Assembly (NCBI GenBank): GCA_965287045.1
Contig: OZ336878.1
Location: forward strand, 104,966,001 to 105,030,000
From: Carcharhinus amblyrhynchos
Lineage: Eukaryota
Reading direction: 5' to 3'
DNA: 64,000 bases
The position numbers and the translations under genes are program-made. Of the stretch, positions 25,761-39,700 are shown one piece after another. The notes under the pieces were generated by a model. It was given only the letters and a program-made list of their open reading frames with translations, did no database searches and was not told the origin of the DNA. Within the stretch, counting starts at the first letter, position 1. Every line of letters starts with the position of its first letter.

Positions 25761-27499
25761 AATCATATTGTGGGACGGGACCTCATTCTGTAAAAAAAGA
25801 GGTCGGCAGCATAATGCTGAGCGTGAAAATGGGCTTGTGCCGGTCTATCAATAAGTAAATCATCGCTAGCGTACCACCCAACTCACTCAACCCCAGCCCT
25901 CCCCTCGAAATAGCCAGTTTAATCAATAAGAAAGCATCCCGCGTCTCACATACGCAATATATCCTGGAGGAATCCAGCTACAGGCCCCTCGTTGATGTCT
26001 CCGACCATGCTATTCTAACGGTGATGCGCAGCGGCCCAGTGAAGTGTCCCCAAATGTTTCCTGGCCTCTCTTGAAGCCACAGCCTTGAGAGGCGGGGAGA
26101 GGGTGGCCGCATCCCAGTAGACTGGCATAAACCTGTATTACCTTTGTTTTCACTATTAATATTATTCTGCCACAGTATCATGGCTGGCGTTTTCCACATT
26201 CCTGTACTTTGAATATCGCGTTCTGAGTTGCCCGAGAACTCTTCCTTTCCTATTATGGGAGCCGTCATAAATCTTTTGTCCGCTCTATGGTGCCTTCTGA
26301 CCCTGCGCATTGTCTTGTTTGTTTGGCAAGTGTGCGTGGAATACTACTATTTTACTGAAAACGTTCTTTCAAAATAAACAAACTGTCCTTGTCTTTCCGA
26401 ATTGACATTTGTTTCCTATGTCTAATTTTATGCACCCTGTGTGTCTTCTAAGGTCGTAAAAATGATTTCTGCCATCTGAAGATCTCCACAGACTGACGAG
26501 CAAATGTTTAAAACGAAACCAAAACGCACCTTCTTCGTAGTAAATCCCAAATGCAGAGAAAATCAAATCAACTTTACTTAAGACAGAAGATTTTTTTTTC
26601 TCTAGTAGCCAGTGTCAGCATCTGTGACATGGTCAGCAATAATTTACTGTCCTGGTTTGATCCCCACAGTCACCCTCAAGCGATCTGAAATGGACAATCA
26701 AAGTACAGGTGTCCAGAAGTGGGCGGAGTTGCAAGGAGAAATTTTGATATCAGCTCCCTCCGATGGTACCTACAATCTCCTCCGTCTGTTGTTTTTCCCC
26801 TTCATCTTATCGTTTCCGAGCACTGACATATAGGCACTATCTGCTCAGCTGCATTACTTTGCGAATCAACTTCTGATTTTATTGATTTGCGAGAATCTCC
26901 TCATCCTGCTGCATTCATTTTATGTTCCAATGTGCATAAAAAATAGAATTGATTGTTCAACACATGACAATATAAGAATATGTTTCATATTGGCAGCAGT
27001 GTGCATGAATGCACAGCGCTTATCTGAAAGAATTTCCGAAGTTAGCAAATCACATATCGCCATTAATGCATGAAACTGAATAAAACGTGTAATATCATAG
27101 TTCTAACAGAGTTTAGACGAAATGTTTCAATTTTCAGACGCTCTGACAAAAAAAAAGGATGAGCAATTATATTTAAAATGTTCAGTCAAATTTAAAAGGA
27201 GTAACTGTTATATCACGTTAAAATATTGAGAGGACAATCGTATACCACATAATATGAACTTATCTCTTGCAGCTTTTAATGCACGGTTGCAATATAATTT
27301 CGTCCAGATTCATCGTAACTTCCAAAAACCATGGAATTTCAGATGATATTCGACCGTTTCGATAGGTTTGGCAATACATTGGTGAAACAGTCTGAAACAG
27401 TTCTTTTCTGAATGGCGCCACACATTCTCAGGATGTTCTTCACAAAAGGTGTTGTGGATCACAAAGTTAGATTAGAGGAAGGATAATAAATTCATTGAA

Positions 27500-27745
27500 A
27501 CATAGAGTCATATAATCCCTACAGTGCAGAAGCAGGGCATCGTTTCATCAAGCCTGCACCGACAACAATCTACCATGGTCTTATCCTCGTGATCTTACAT
27601 ATTTATCCTACTAATCCGTTGGCACTAAGGGACAATTTACCATACCGAAGCAAAATAACATGCACATTTTTAGACAGTGGAAGGAAGCCACAGCTCCCAG
27701 AGGAAAACCACGCAGACGCGCGGATTAACTTGCAAACTCCGCAAA
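27500..27745 (-). mobile_element. HE1/V-SINE, 5' truncated
   Basis: Tail (atccctacagtgcagaag) and V domain (ccacgcagac...tgcaaactcc) on the reverse strand. Confidence 0.75.
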
Positions 27746-28782
27746 ACATTACATTATTGCATGACATAATGTCCCAGTGAAATATTGTGCTAATGTTTGC
27801 TTGTCTATTTTCATAGGTTTTTGCCCTCTCTGTATCCTATATCAGAAAGTATCCCATATTAGTGTCAATCAGGTTGCATCATTTTTTCCTTGCTTTCTAT
27901 TCAATTTATGCCACATTATAGCAATATAAAGAACATGGCTGGTGGACGACGTCGACTTATTCCAAATGTGGAAAAGGAGAACTGAAAAAATATATAGTCA
28001 ATTGAATTTAAAATTTACAAAATGCGAGGGAAGATTGATGTCCCAGGATTTGTGCTACGATTTTTAAATAAACATGTGTCTATTCCATGACAAAATTAAC
28101 AACAATATCTTACATTAGAGGTATATTTACCCAAAGGAAATAATGTCCGTAGGAAATATGCTGTATAATTAGACTTATCCAGTTCTTTCTCCATTTAGTT
28201 AATTGCTTTCAGAGATACACGTTTCCACAAACGTTCATGAAGTCGCATATGTGGATTAAACAAATTATAAACACAATCTAGTTACAGTTAACAGGCCCGG
28301 GAGACAACTGTCATTGAGGTTACTTCTGGGACAGAACAATCTGTTTTCTTTTTCTAGGGCACACTTTCATTCGAGGCACGACTCTCTGGGGGAAAATAAA
28401 ATCAACCTTTCCAACTGTTGGCTGAGGTTTCACAAAGGGACAGTTACATGGATTGAATATGTACCATATACTGTTTTTCCCTCTGATCTTCAATTATCAG
28501 ATGAAGCGCCTTCTGAAGACGACATTTATTACCTTGAATTAGAATTTTAGACTGTAACCGCAATGTTCACAAAGTCCTCGCTCTATAACCCTCCCAAAAC
28601 TTATTCAAAGCTATGTTATTGTATTCCTCCATGTTATCAACATCAAAGCGCTGCCGCCAACTTTAAGTCACTTATATCATCTTACCTTCAGCAGGATGAA
28701 ATACGAACACATTCAAGTGACTTTTCCAGCGACGTATTCCCTAATATGCTTCACTATGTCATCCATTGTAGTACAATGTATA

Positions 28783-29050
28783 GTGGGCAGTACGTTTCCA
28801 CAGTGATTAGAACTGTTGCCTCATCGGGCGATGCACCCGGTTCCATTCCCTTCCTGCGCCACTGTTTGTGCACAGTTTGCGCATTTTCCTCGTGTCTGAG
28901 TCGGCAAGACGTGCTGGTTCGATGCATTGTTCAGGTTGAGGATTCGCTGATTATACAAGAGCAGGCGCAGTAGTGTGACAACTAGGGAATTGTCACAATA
29001 GTTTCACTGTAGTGGTAATTAAAGTCGACTTGTGAAACTATTAAATAAAA
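28783..29050 (+). mobile_element. V-type SINE with an alternative 3' tail
   Basis: tRNA head (cagtgattagaactgttgcctca...ccggttccattccc), partial V domain, tail actagggaattgtcaca...cttgtgaaactattaaataaa. Confidence 0.65.
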
Positions 29051-29147
29051 CGAATAGCAGAAATACGCCTCATCTCTAATTCACGAGGAGTGATTGTATT
29101 AGTGTTAACATTACACGAAAATTTCCCGAAACTCCGAAATCCTGTCG

Positions 29148-29212
29148 TCAGCAGATTCTAGTCTCCTGAAGAAGGCTGACGGTATATTTTGCTTTTTGCC
29201 TTCCGGGTTTCG
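29148..29212 (-). pseudogene. Short exon candidate after the death-domain exon (AKPGRQKAKYTVSLLQETRIC*)
   Basis: Follows a 79-nt GT..AG intron (29213-29291) with a branch-like gtgac and a strong pyrimidine tract; phase 1 matches the upstream exon. Confidence 0.45.
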
Positions 29213-29291
29213 CTGGTATTCCAGAGAAAAAGAAATACAAAAAGAAAGCAGGAAACAAGTCACAAATCTCGAGAGGCACATATTTGCTGAC

Positions 29292-29561
29292 CTTCTGACC
29301 AATTGTTGAAGATTTTTATGAACGATTGTTTCTCCGTTTCTGCAAGATACTCTGCGTCCAAGTAATTTTGTTTGGTTACACACCACCTTCTTTTGTTATC
29401 GGTTGTGCAAAGACTTCCCCTTGTTTGCTTTTGCTTAAAGCTAATCATACACTTGCAGAAAATAATTTAAATCCATTCCAAAACTTGCACCAATATCAAC
29501 AGATATCTTGCCAAAATGGCACCAACAAAATCTTTTTGTTTGTTTGTTACTTGATTCATTG
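29292..29561 (-). pseudogene. 270-nt death-domain-like exon, frameshifted
   Basis: Acceptor ttttttattatatctcag, donor GAAG/gtcagc, 270 nt. Piecing frames together gives QVTNKQKDFV/CHFGKISVDIGASFGMDLNYFLQVYD/SKQGEVFAQPITKEGG/TKLL, resembling the RIPK1-type DD pattern LTDKHLD..ENLGK....W..REG..T..KL. Confidence 0.55.
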
Positions 29562-30009
29562 CTGAGATATAATAAAAAATGCAAATACAGAAAAATAATC
29601 AAAACAATTTGGCTATTGAAGGCAGGCAATGAGTATGAACAGATAAACAATGGACTCCAAAATAACGTCATCATTGCAAAATGATTATTTTACCGAATTC
29701 ATTCTTCGGCATCTGGCCTTTTGAAAACAAAATCACCCAAAATACGTTAAGGGCAAAGACTATTTTGAATAAATGCAGACAGATATGTCTACTCCGTATT
29801 TAACAAATGCCGAATAAGCCAAATTCCATAAGGTTTTGTCGTATTATTCTGGAAGCCCCTTAAACCCAGCGAAATTGTTATTGATTTATTTAACATAGTT
29901 GCGCTATTTTTAAATTTAATTTTTATTCGACTGCAATCATTGATTTTTTTTTAAATTGTGCCGATCAAATGGCACTTGTATTACCAATTTTGTGACTACG
30001 TTCAACATG

Positions 30010-31010
30010 TGATTCGAATCCTTCAATTGATTGCCATTTATATTGATAATTTGGATGACCATAGAGGAGGCATGGTTAGTAAGGTTGCTAATGATACCAA
30101 TATTGGTGGCATAGTGGTCAGTGAAAAAAAGTTATCTCCAATTGCAACGGGTTCTTGATCTTTTGGGCCAGCGGGCTGACCAATGACAGATGGAGTTTAA
30201 TTTTGACGTATTTTTGATTGATTTAACTAGGGCAGGACTTACTTCGTTAATGGTAAGGCGTTGGGCTGAGTTAACAAACAAAAAGATCTAGGGGTACATG
30301 TTCATAGCTCCTTGAAAGAAAGGTGAGTCACAGCCGGACAGATTGGCGAAGAAGGCATTCAGGATGCTTGGTTTCATCGGTTAGAAAATCGAATACAGGA
30401 GTTGGGAAGCCGTGTTGTTGAAGTACAAGAAATTGGTAAGGCCACACTTGGAATACTGTGTACAGTTCTGATCGCCCTATTATAGAAAGTGCGTCATTAA
30501 TAGAAAGAGTGCAGGAAAAAAAAATAATAGGGCTTGGCACTCGGACTTGATTTTTTGAGTTATAAAAAGAGGTTGGATAGACTGGGACATTTTTTTTCCT
30601 TTGGAACGTAGAAGACTAAGGGACGATCTTACGGAGGTCTATTAAATAATGAGGTGCACAGATCAGCTTGACAGTCAATATCTTTTCCCAAAGGTAGGTG
30701 AGTCTAAAACAAAAGGACATAGATTTAAGGTGAGAGGGGAGAAATGCAAAAGTGTCCAGAGGGACATTGTTTTCACTCAGAGGGCGGTGAGAGTCTGGAA
30801 CAAGCTGTCAGAGCTAGTAGTAGATGCGGGTTCAATAGTCTACTTAAAAAAAAATTAAACTGTTACATGGGCAAGATGGGTATAGAGGGATGTAGGCCAC
30901 ATGCTGAAATTGATAGTAGTTTAGGGATTTAAGCAAAAAAGATGACGTGTACAAGTTGGGCCGAAGGGCCTGTTTCCATGCTGTGAGCCTCTGTGATTCT
31001 ATGACTCTAA
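30010..31010 (+). mobile_element. CR1 LINE 3' half
   Basis: RPHLEYCVQF, LFPKVGESKTKGHRFKVRG and FTQRAVRVWN motifs; tail gggccgaagggcctgtttccatgctg...ctatgactcta. Confidence 0.9.
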
Positions 31011-31299
31011 TGCCTTCTGAATCGCTTGTTAACTCCTTGTCAGCAATATAATCACTGCCATTCTGAGCGAAATTATCGGCTACAGTTTACAACGATCGAC
31101 AATATATCCGGCCGGGAAAATATGAGGGCAACCAAGAAAATTAAATTGACAACGGTGGCTTTCCCACAACAAGCACGCTCCACTGCTGTGGTACCTTTCC
31201 CACCGCAGATGGTCGGGAGAGCCCGTCAGAATTCGTGCTCAACTCTTCCCGATGCCTGGTGTTGTCCTCTCGGCATCCTCACTTAAAACAGGCGGATTT

Positions 31300-33450
31300 T
31301 CAAAGCAATGGGACAATGGGAAGCTGGCAGACTCACTCCCAAAGTGGAGTTAAGAGGTCAGCGCTTTGGTAGCTGAAGGAGGGGATCTATGCAGAGAACT
31401 AATGAGAATCAGCAGGAACGAATACGATGCAAAAATATTAAAGGGGGTTAGAAAAATGGTTAAAAATAGAAGTGCATGTTCGCTATCTACACTTGGCCAA
31501 CAACACCAGTGCCCACTCGGTGCAATTGAACTCGCCTCACTATCCCAAAACAGTTTTCTAACCTCGGTCTACCAATGATCCACATCATAAGTCAAGGCAG
31601 GCTTGTTTGCAACGCTCCATTGCCTGCGATTATCCTGACCGGCGCCCTCTGCGGCTCCACGGCCGAAAATTCTCCAATTTTTTTTGGGGTACTGGGCAGT
31701 CATTCTCTTCGGTGAGCGAGTTTGGATTTGGAACGGTTAAATAAATTATGGAGTCAGATATCCCACAGCCTGTTGGCTGGAAGGTCCGGACGTGCAAAAC
31801 AGCCTCTACGCTTCCCTGGTGTGTTGAATAGAACTTGACATTCTCTTTGGGATGGAGGGGCAGTTGCAGTAAAGTATCGTTGCCCTGCAATCATCTAGAT
31901 CCCTGACCTAGATGCACTCAAGTGCCTGCACCACGCAGTTCACATTCCTCAGCATGGAACCCAAACTATACTCCAACACAAAGCTGCTGTCCAGTACGGA
32001 ACTTCAACTGCATGGAGCAGCCTCGAAGTCTCGACCTCAATGCAACAGCACGCAGAAACGACCATCTCAGACTTTTGTTTATCCATTCATGAGACTTGGG
32101 CGTCACTGGCTGGCGAAAATTTATTATCCAACCCTGGATGCCCAAAGACAGCTGAGCGGCAAACGCTTTGCTGTGGCTTTGGATTCATATGCATATCAAA
32201 ACGGATAAGGGCACAGATTTCCTCACCTAAAGGAAATTAATGAACGAGTTGTGTTTTTTAGACAACCAACATTTTTTCATGGGCATAAGTAGATTCTTAA
32301 TTCCAGATATTTGTTCTTATATTCAAAATCCAACAGTTGCGTTGGCGGGACTCGTACCCGTGAACTTCGAAGTTAAGCTGAGTTTTAGGTTTAATCATCT
32401 CGCCATAATACCACTGGGACACCTGACGGGCTGGCTTAAATGTAAGACGTTGGAACTATTCAAGTTATCCTTGCGATCTGAGGAGCAATGCGAATATCTG
32501 TTCTTGACCTTCACCCGGAGGCCCAGCGACCCGAGGTCCAGGTCAAGAGACATGTCAAATTACTGCGACGCATCAGATGCTGCCTAGTTGACCTCCAAAT
32601 GCCAGACCACTGTCTTTGCTTGTTGTTCTCTGTTGACACGCTCCACTGCGGTATGCTTCTGAACTGGTTAAGGGTCCGTCTGTTTGCGGTCGCCTTTCTT
32701 CAGTTTGCACGGCTCTGAATTCAGCAGAACATACGAGTGGGCTGCTCTATTATGTTCAGACTGAACCGTTTTGTGGCTGCAACCTCTCTGTGCCTGCATT
32801 GGAAGGCAGGTAGGTTGAGCTCATGGGAGTGTCACAGGTAGGGAAGTGATAGCGTTCTCGCGAGTTTCAAAAGCCCTCACTTGTGTTTCTCTTACTCATT
32901 TCCAACTAAACAAAGGGCCGGCTGTGTCGATCGGCGACAAGCGGTGCGGTTTTCTCAGACTTCATGAGTTGTTTCAAATCGATCATCTCTCCGCCCGTTT
33001 CCTGCCCTCTCCTGTCTATGGGGAGCGCTCCTTTCCTTCAAGGGAACAGATAGGGAGAGTGTAAGGCGGCCGTGAGGCAAGTGGGCGTCCGTGAGTGGGT
33101 GAGCAGATGTCAATCAAGCTCGTGACTTATCCTGGATTAACGGAGGAGGTCATTTATCCCCTATCTGCAAGGCACTGTTAAACTCGTGCGCGGAAAGTTT
33201 ACACACCGATGCTGTGTTAGTGGCATTTCTGGAATGCCCTTTCCCTGGCGTCTTGTAAAGTTTCCAGAACATGCTCCCCATGCCATCCAGCATTCAGACC
33301 AGCTGCTGGCTTCAATGTTTCTGTGCGGCCTTTCGTGGAGGAATCGTTTCTTTTGGATTAGCAATACATGCTGGGAAGGTATTTATGTGGAACTCCCCAG
33401 TAATTGAAACATCCAGCCTGAAGGCAGGCCAGAGAATCGGAGTCCACCTG
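31300..33450. mobile_element. Possible decayed PIF/Harbinger DNA transposon (transposase +, Myb-like gene -), with a nested SINE
   Basis: On +: RYPTACWLEGP and a GG.LQ remnant (~31750-31870). On -: QC...NDLLR followed by a donor-like site (~33125-33180). Convergent genes are typical of Harbingers. Weak. Confidence 0.35.
32090..32420 (-). mobile_element. SINE (same family as 4560-4880)
   Basis: cagatttcctcacctaaagga, gattcttaattccagat, and a tRNA head on the reverse strand. Confidence 0.7.
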
Positions 33451-33679
33451 CGTGGCCTGAAACCTATGAACTATGCTGAATCGGGTCCAATGTTATAGAA
33501 TGCAACATCGAAACTAACGGATGCGACGTGCCACGACAATGGAAAGCAAATCAAGCAACATATCAGGTATCCCATCAGTGATAATACAAAACTAGTCTTT
33601 TCAAATTGTTGGTGACGAGAAACATATTAACATCCATGCACAGTATCTGATTGTCATCCACTCGAAGACAGCCACACTT

Positions 33680-34030
33680 CAAGTTTTCAGCTCTTTCATG
33701 GGAAGGGTCTCCATCATTTGAAGTGGCTGAAGATGGCGGGAATAACATCCCAGTTTTAGGCACAACTTCCATGTTTTAGGCACCCCATTCCACACCCCAA
33801 ACACTCTCTGAGTAACGAACCTTCCTTGGACATCCCTCTTGCATCTCCCACCGTGAACCTTACAGTTATGCTCCCGAGTAGCAGCTACATGCACTTGAGG
33901 ACATAATTTCTGCACGTCCCCTCTATCAATCCCCCTCACCGTCTTATAAACCTCCATCAAATCACCTCACTTCCTCCTCCGCTCTAAAGAGGAAAGTCCC
34001 ATCTCCCTCAATCTTTCCCCATCTATATTT
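33680..34030 (-). mobile_element. CR1 3' fragment
   Basis: ORF 33679-33960 reads EVYKTVRGIDRGD...TQRVFGVWNG. Confidence 0.85.
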
Positions 34031-34429
34031 CGCATCTACATTTATTTGGAGTATATAAGGGGCGCAGTAAAACATGAACTTTAGTTGATATTCTGAAAGA
34101 CGTGAACATCGTCGATATTATCAACTGTGTATTACATTATGTACCTACTCAGTCATTAAACAATTCAACACATATTGGATCCTAAAGTGGTCGCGCTGAA
34201 TTCCATAAATTGAATCAAATATTTCTAAATTGAACGGAATGTCCCAATGACACACAGTAGTCGATAGCACATAAAACATTGAAGATGGAGGTTAGTGCCA
34301 AGACAGAATATAAAATACGTGCTACGCTCAAAAATGCAATATGCATTAGTTTCGTTGTTGCCACAGTAAAGCAATCCTCCCAGAATGTTAAGAATGGTAA
34401 TAAGACAAAACTATTTTGCCAGAACGAGA

Positions 34430-35597
34430 GCCTCACAAAAGGTTGCTTCAGGAGGTTAGCTTGCATGGAGTTGGGGGTAAGGTGTTAGCGTGGATAGATG
34501 ATTGGTTGTCTAATAGGAGGCAGAGAGTTGGTATCAATGGGTGCTATTCTGATTGGCGGTCGGTTACTAGTGGAGTGCCGCAGGGATCGATTCTGGGGCC
34601 TCAGCTATTTACCATTTATATAGATGATCTGGAGGAAGGGGTTGAGTGTAGGGTGACGAAATTTGCTGGTGACACGAAGATGAGTGGAAAAGCAAATTGC
34701 GCGGAGGGTGTGGAAAGTCTACAGAGGGATCTGGATATGCTGAGCGAGTGGGCGAGGATCTGACAAAGGGAGTACAATGTCAGCAAGTGTGAGGTTATCC
34801 ACATTGGCAGAAATAATAGTCGGAGGGATTCCTATTTAAAGGGCGAAAAGTTGCAGCATGCTACGGTGCTGAGGGACCTGGGGGTCCTTGTGCATGAGTC
34901 GCAAAAACCCAGTCTGCAGGTGCAGAAGGTGATCAAGAAGGCGAATGGGATGCTGGCCTTTATAGCGAGAGGGATAGAATATAAAAGCAGGGAGGTCTTG
35001 CTGCAACTGTACAGGCCACTGGTGAGGCCACAGCTGGAGTACTGTTTGCAGTTTTGGTCGCCACACTTGTGCAAGTATATTTTGGCCTTGGAGGGAGTGC
35101 AGAGGACGTTAACTAGGCTGATACTGGAGATGAGAGGGTTGGACTATGAAGAGAGACTAAATAGACGGTGTCTGTACTCGTTGGAGTTTAGAAGGATGAG
35201 GGGGCATCTTATAGAGACGTATAAGATAATGAAAGGGATGGATAGGGTAGAGATAGAGAGATTATTTCCGCTTAGAAAGGATAGCAGTACTAGAGGGCAC
35301 TGCCTCAAGATAAGGTGGGGGGGGGCAGCTTAGCTCGGAGTTGAGGAGGAACTTTTTCACTCAAAGGGTGGTGAATCTCTGGAATTCTTTGCCCGTTGAA
35401 GTGGTGGAGGCTACCTCGCTGAATATATTTAAGTCACGGTTAGATAGGTTTTTGACAGACAAGGGAATTAAAGGTTATGGGGAGAGCGCGGAAAAGTGGA
35501 ACTGATCCACTTCGCATCAGCCATGATCTTATTGAATGGCGGGGCAGGCTCGAGGGTCTAGATGGCCTACTCCTGTTCCTATTTCTTATGTTCTTAC
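34430..35597 (+). mobile_element. Young 5'-truncated CR1 LINE inserted in the first array unit
   Basis: RT motifs SGVPQGSILGPQLFTIYIDDL and KFAGDTK, then RPQLEYCLQFWSP, and a (ttcttatg)n tail. Array-unit sequence resumes on both sides. Confidence 0.95.
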
Positions 35598-36289
35598 GTG
35601 ATGTGATTAATTGACTTATTCTTGTGTAACTTGAACTTATTCCTGGCCGCTCTCGCTCTGCTCAGACAGACACGTGAAATTATTAGTCCTTTCAAAGCTG
35701 GAAGCGCATTACAGATCCATAGAGATTTCAAATGACGGGCCATTGATTTTGATCTTATTAAAAGACAAATCGTAGTCTTGGAAAGAAGCACCCTGCATGC
35801 TCAAACTACCATCACTTCAGCGTTTATTTCAGATTTCCAGAATCTGCAATATTTTGATTTTAAAATTCTCTTGGTTGTTTTCGAGTATTGTTGGAGCTAC
35901 CCATGACAACCATAGCGCTTGCACAGCTGTTATAGTTCAGTATATGGTCAAGAAGAGCCCCAAGAATGTAATAACGGTGATTTCAGCCATTGTATTGTCA
36001 CTGAATCTCAATGGATGGCGACTATGCGTTTTCTCTTACTTCCCAATACTGTGGCGCGAATGGTACTTTTCAATTGCCAGCCAAAGAAAGCAAACTCAAG
36101 AAAGCGTGAATTTCACTTGGTCATGTTGAAAACCTTGATAATCGTGGACGATTACCACCCTTTATATAGAACATGAGGACTGACTCATTCAACAATGCAA
36201 TATCGTATTATGATAATAATTGTTAGAGCAGCACTTTGGAGCGATTACAGCCAATTAGCACAAACATTTGTAGTTGTTGTGTAGGGTCA

Positions 36290-36740
36290 GTCATCTCTGC
36301 ACGAATCCGTGAGGGTAGTTTTCTAGCCCCAACAATCTTCAGCTGTATCATGAATATCCTTCCCTCCATCATAAAGTCAGATGTCGGGATGTTCTCCGAA
36401 GATTGTACGACGTTCAGCAAAATTGGTGACTTCTCAGATACTCAGTCTATTTCAAATGCAACAAGGTCTGAACAATATCCAAGCTTGTGCTGACAAGTGG
36501 AAAGGCACATTCGCGCCTCACATATTCCACCCTTTAACAATCACCACTGAAAGGCGCTCTAACCACAGCCCCCTGACATTCAATGGTATTTCCATCACTG
36601 ATTCCCCCACTGCCAACATCTTTAGGGTTACCATTAATTAGAAACTCAACTGGACTCACCACATAAACACAATGGCTATAAGAGCATGTTAGTGCTTGGA
36701 AATAGTGTGGCGAGTAACAGACCTCTCAACTCCACAAAAT
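36290..36740 (+). mobile_element. L2/Crack/CR1-group LINE RT fragment
   Basis: GSFLAPTIFSCIMNILPSIIKSDVGMFSEDCT and QQGLNNIQACADKW in ORFs 36236-36493 and 36381-36641. Confidence 0.85.
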
Positions 36741-39700
36741 GGCAGCTTGAGGCTATTCAGGCTCACTCCTTAGTAGTAGATTGTCGGTGGATGGTAGGTA
36801 CCATTTTGTGGAGATGCCAAATGGAACAAGAAGTGATTAACTTAGAAGCTTCCAAGACTCTAATCTGCTATTCTATCCACAGTATTTACAGTACTGGCAC
36901 TGTTCAGTTTCTAGTCAAGATCGACCCCAAAGTTTGTTTTTTACATAGTGGAGAATTCAGCAATTGTATTGCAACTTTGTTTCAATGGATGACGTTCTGC
37001 ATTTGGCTTCTTGGATTGATTTGCTGAACCATAATTCTGTGGCGAAATGCTGCTTGCCAATTGTCAGGTCAAACTAGGAAAATCTTTACTTTCGCTGATA
37101 AACTTGAAAATCTTGATCACCTCAGACAAATACACTACTTTGTTACAGGTTGTGACCACTCACTCATTGTATTTTGATTTGTTTTTGTTAGCAGGAATGG
37201 TCCAGCAAAACTATAATCATGAGAGTCAACTGAATTAAGCATTTGTAAATTGAACAGATAGATCAATTACACAGAATGACTGGATGCATCTTCTACAAGT
37301 CAATTGAAGCTAGCACCAAGAGCAATTGCAGTCAATACCACTGAAGACAAAAATTTACGAGTCGAGATAAGGGCAAAGTGCAACATATTTTTGTATTGAA
37401 GATGTCTTATTTAAAAATAACCTCCAAAATATTAAAGGTGATATTGAAGCACATTTTGTTTATTACAAAAGAGATGCACTCAAAGTTGACGTCTCCGTAT
37501 GTTACCTGATATTCTGTTCATCTCGTCTCGGTCTGTTCAAATGGAGAAGTCAAAGCTAATTAATCTTTCCAAACCTTGAAACATACGACTGAACCTTAGA
37601 ATGTTTCATTGACCTTAATCAACAAGTCGTTTTCTTTTCAGGAAGCCAATTTCCGCTCAAAATTCCAACACATCTTCTCTTAATTGAAAAAAGAATCTTT
37701 AAATTTAGTACCCTGCTTTCAGTGTTGCAAAATTAAATTATTGTGATGGCCAGCTAATGGAAAGTAATGATTTGAAATTGAAAAACGCTATTTATTTTCT
37801 GCCCACTGTATTTATAGAACTGACACTGTTAATTTCCTCGTCATGGTCGACCGGGTTGATTTTGATAAAAAAGCGTTCTGTGCCTTCATTGTCATTTAAT
37901 TTAATGGATACGTTTCGGCATTTGTTTGCTCGGATCAGTTTGCTGAAACACAATTCTTTGCCCCGAATGCGCATTGCCAAACGTCAGGTCAGACTAGGAA
38001 AATCAGGAAAACCTGAATTTGGGGTGATATGTTGATAATTTTAGTAGTCTGAAAAAATTACACCAATTTAGTGAAATGCCTGCCTACCATTCATTAAATG
38101 ATGCTGAATCCTTATATTCGCAGAAATGGTCTTGCATAACTATATAATAACTACAGCTAACTGAATCAAACATTTGTAAATTGAACCGAAAGATCAATTC
38201 TGCGATTCTGTGATTCTGTGAATTACGCCAAATCAATGGGAACAACATTCTAGTATTAAATGGAACCATGCGCCAATAAAAAGTTGAAGTCAATACCATT
38301 AAAGATGACGTTTTACGAGGCGGGATTCGACCAAAAAGTGCAGTATGTATCTGTTTTGTTAATGCTTTAGTTAATCAAACCCCCCAAACTGTTAGGTGTG
38401 GCATTGAGGCACAATTAGATTGTTGGAAGAAAATATGTTCAAAATAAAGTTACCTTCTTGGTATGTTACCTAATCGTATGTCCATCTTGTCTTGATCTGC
38501 TCAAATGAAGAAGTCAAGCTAATTAACCGATACGAATCTCGGAGAGTCCTACAGAACTATTGAAATTTCAAATGACCTGTAATTGATCTCGATTTCGTCT
38601 CAGCAAACCACTTTCCTGCTCAAACATCCATCGCTTCTGTTCTTGATTTAAAATTATACTAGCTGCGGGGTTTTGCTTTCAGTCTTGCCAAACTTAAATT
38701 GATGTAATGGGAAGGAAATGGGAATTAATGATTTCCATTTGAAGGATCACTTTTTATTTTTTGGACTCCCGTTTTGTTGTTAAATGACGGTAACAACAGA
38801 TTTGGAACAGCTTTTTGTAAAAAGAAGCGCCAACTTGCACTTTTTATACTCTCACATTAAAAGTTTTGGTTGCTGGCCAGACCAGAAATTAATGGTCATC
38901 AGAAGACAGAGCTGATCTGCATCCATGAAACCCTGCAGAGCATGCAGAGCTCGCATATTTTCAGTGGTACTGATAACCGTGTACAGTTAGCCTGATATAG
39001 TACAATTGATGGTTGCTGCCTCCCAGGTCTTGGGGGGACTTGTATTTGAAGGTTGCCGAGAAATTCCGTTTCCAGGTGACAGCAGTCATATGTTTGGTAT
39101 TTGTCTTTGGAGTTATTTTGATGAATTTCATCAGACGAATATTGTGAACAATGATGCAATGGCTTGTTTTCCATTGGATGGCTTTGACGATGTTGAGGTT
39201 TGTTGGAGTTATATATACCATGGCAGGTAGCGGCTATTCAATCATGCTACTTAAGTACATTTTTCGGATGGTGGAGAAATTTTGGGGAGGAATCGGATGA
39301 GACAAGAGAAATGATTAACGTGTCCCAGCCTTCAATCTGGCGCTCTCCAGTTTCTGGTCAAATTCGACCTCAAAAATTTTAAGAACGGTACATTCAGCGA
39401 TTGTTTTTCTAACTAATCGCAATTGATGAAGGTTATGTTTTATTCCTCTTGGAGCAGTTTTTTGCCTCGCAATTCTTTGCACGAATGCAGCTTGCCACTT
39501 GTCAGGCCAAACGAGGAAAGTCAAGAGAACTTGAGATTTCATTGAGCAACTTGAAAATATTGATAAAATAAGACACACACACATACCAACTTAGTGCGGT
39601 GTCGATTTACTTGCTAATTGGTTAAAGCAAAACCCTGCTACTAATGATAATGTTCGAGTATCACTATGTGATAATTACTGTCATCTGGATCAAGCATTTG

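Noticed and set aside
26528-27982. Two 21-nt minus-strand micro-exon-like segments (~26530-26550 and ~27961-27981)
   Set aside because: Each has one non-canonical splice site (cat acceptor; ataagt donor), so they cannot be supported from sequence alone.
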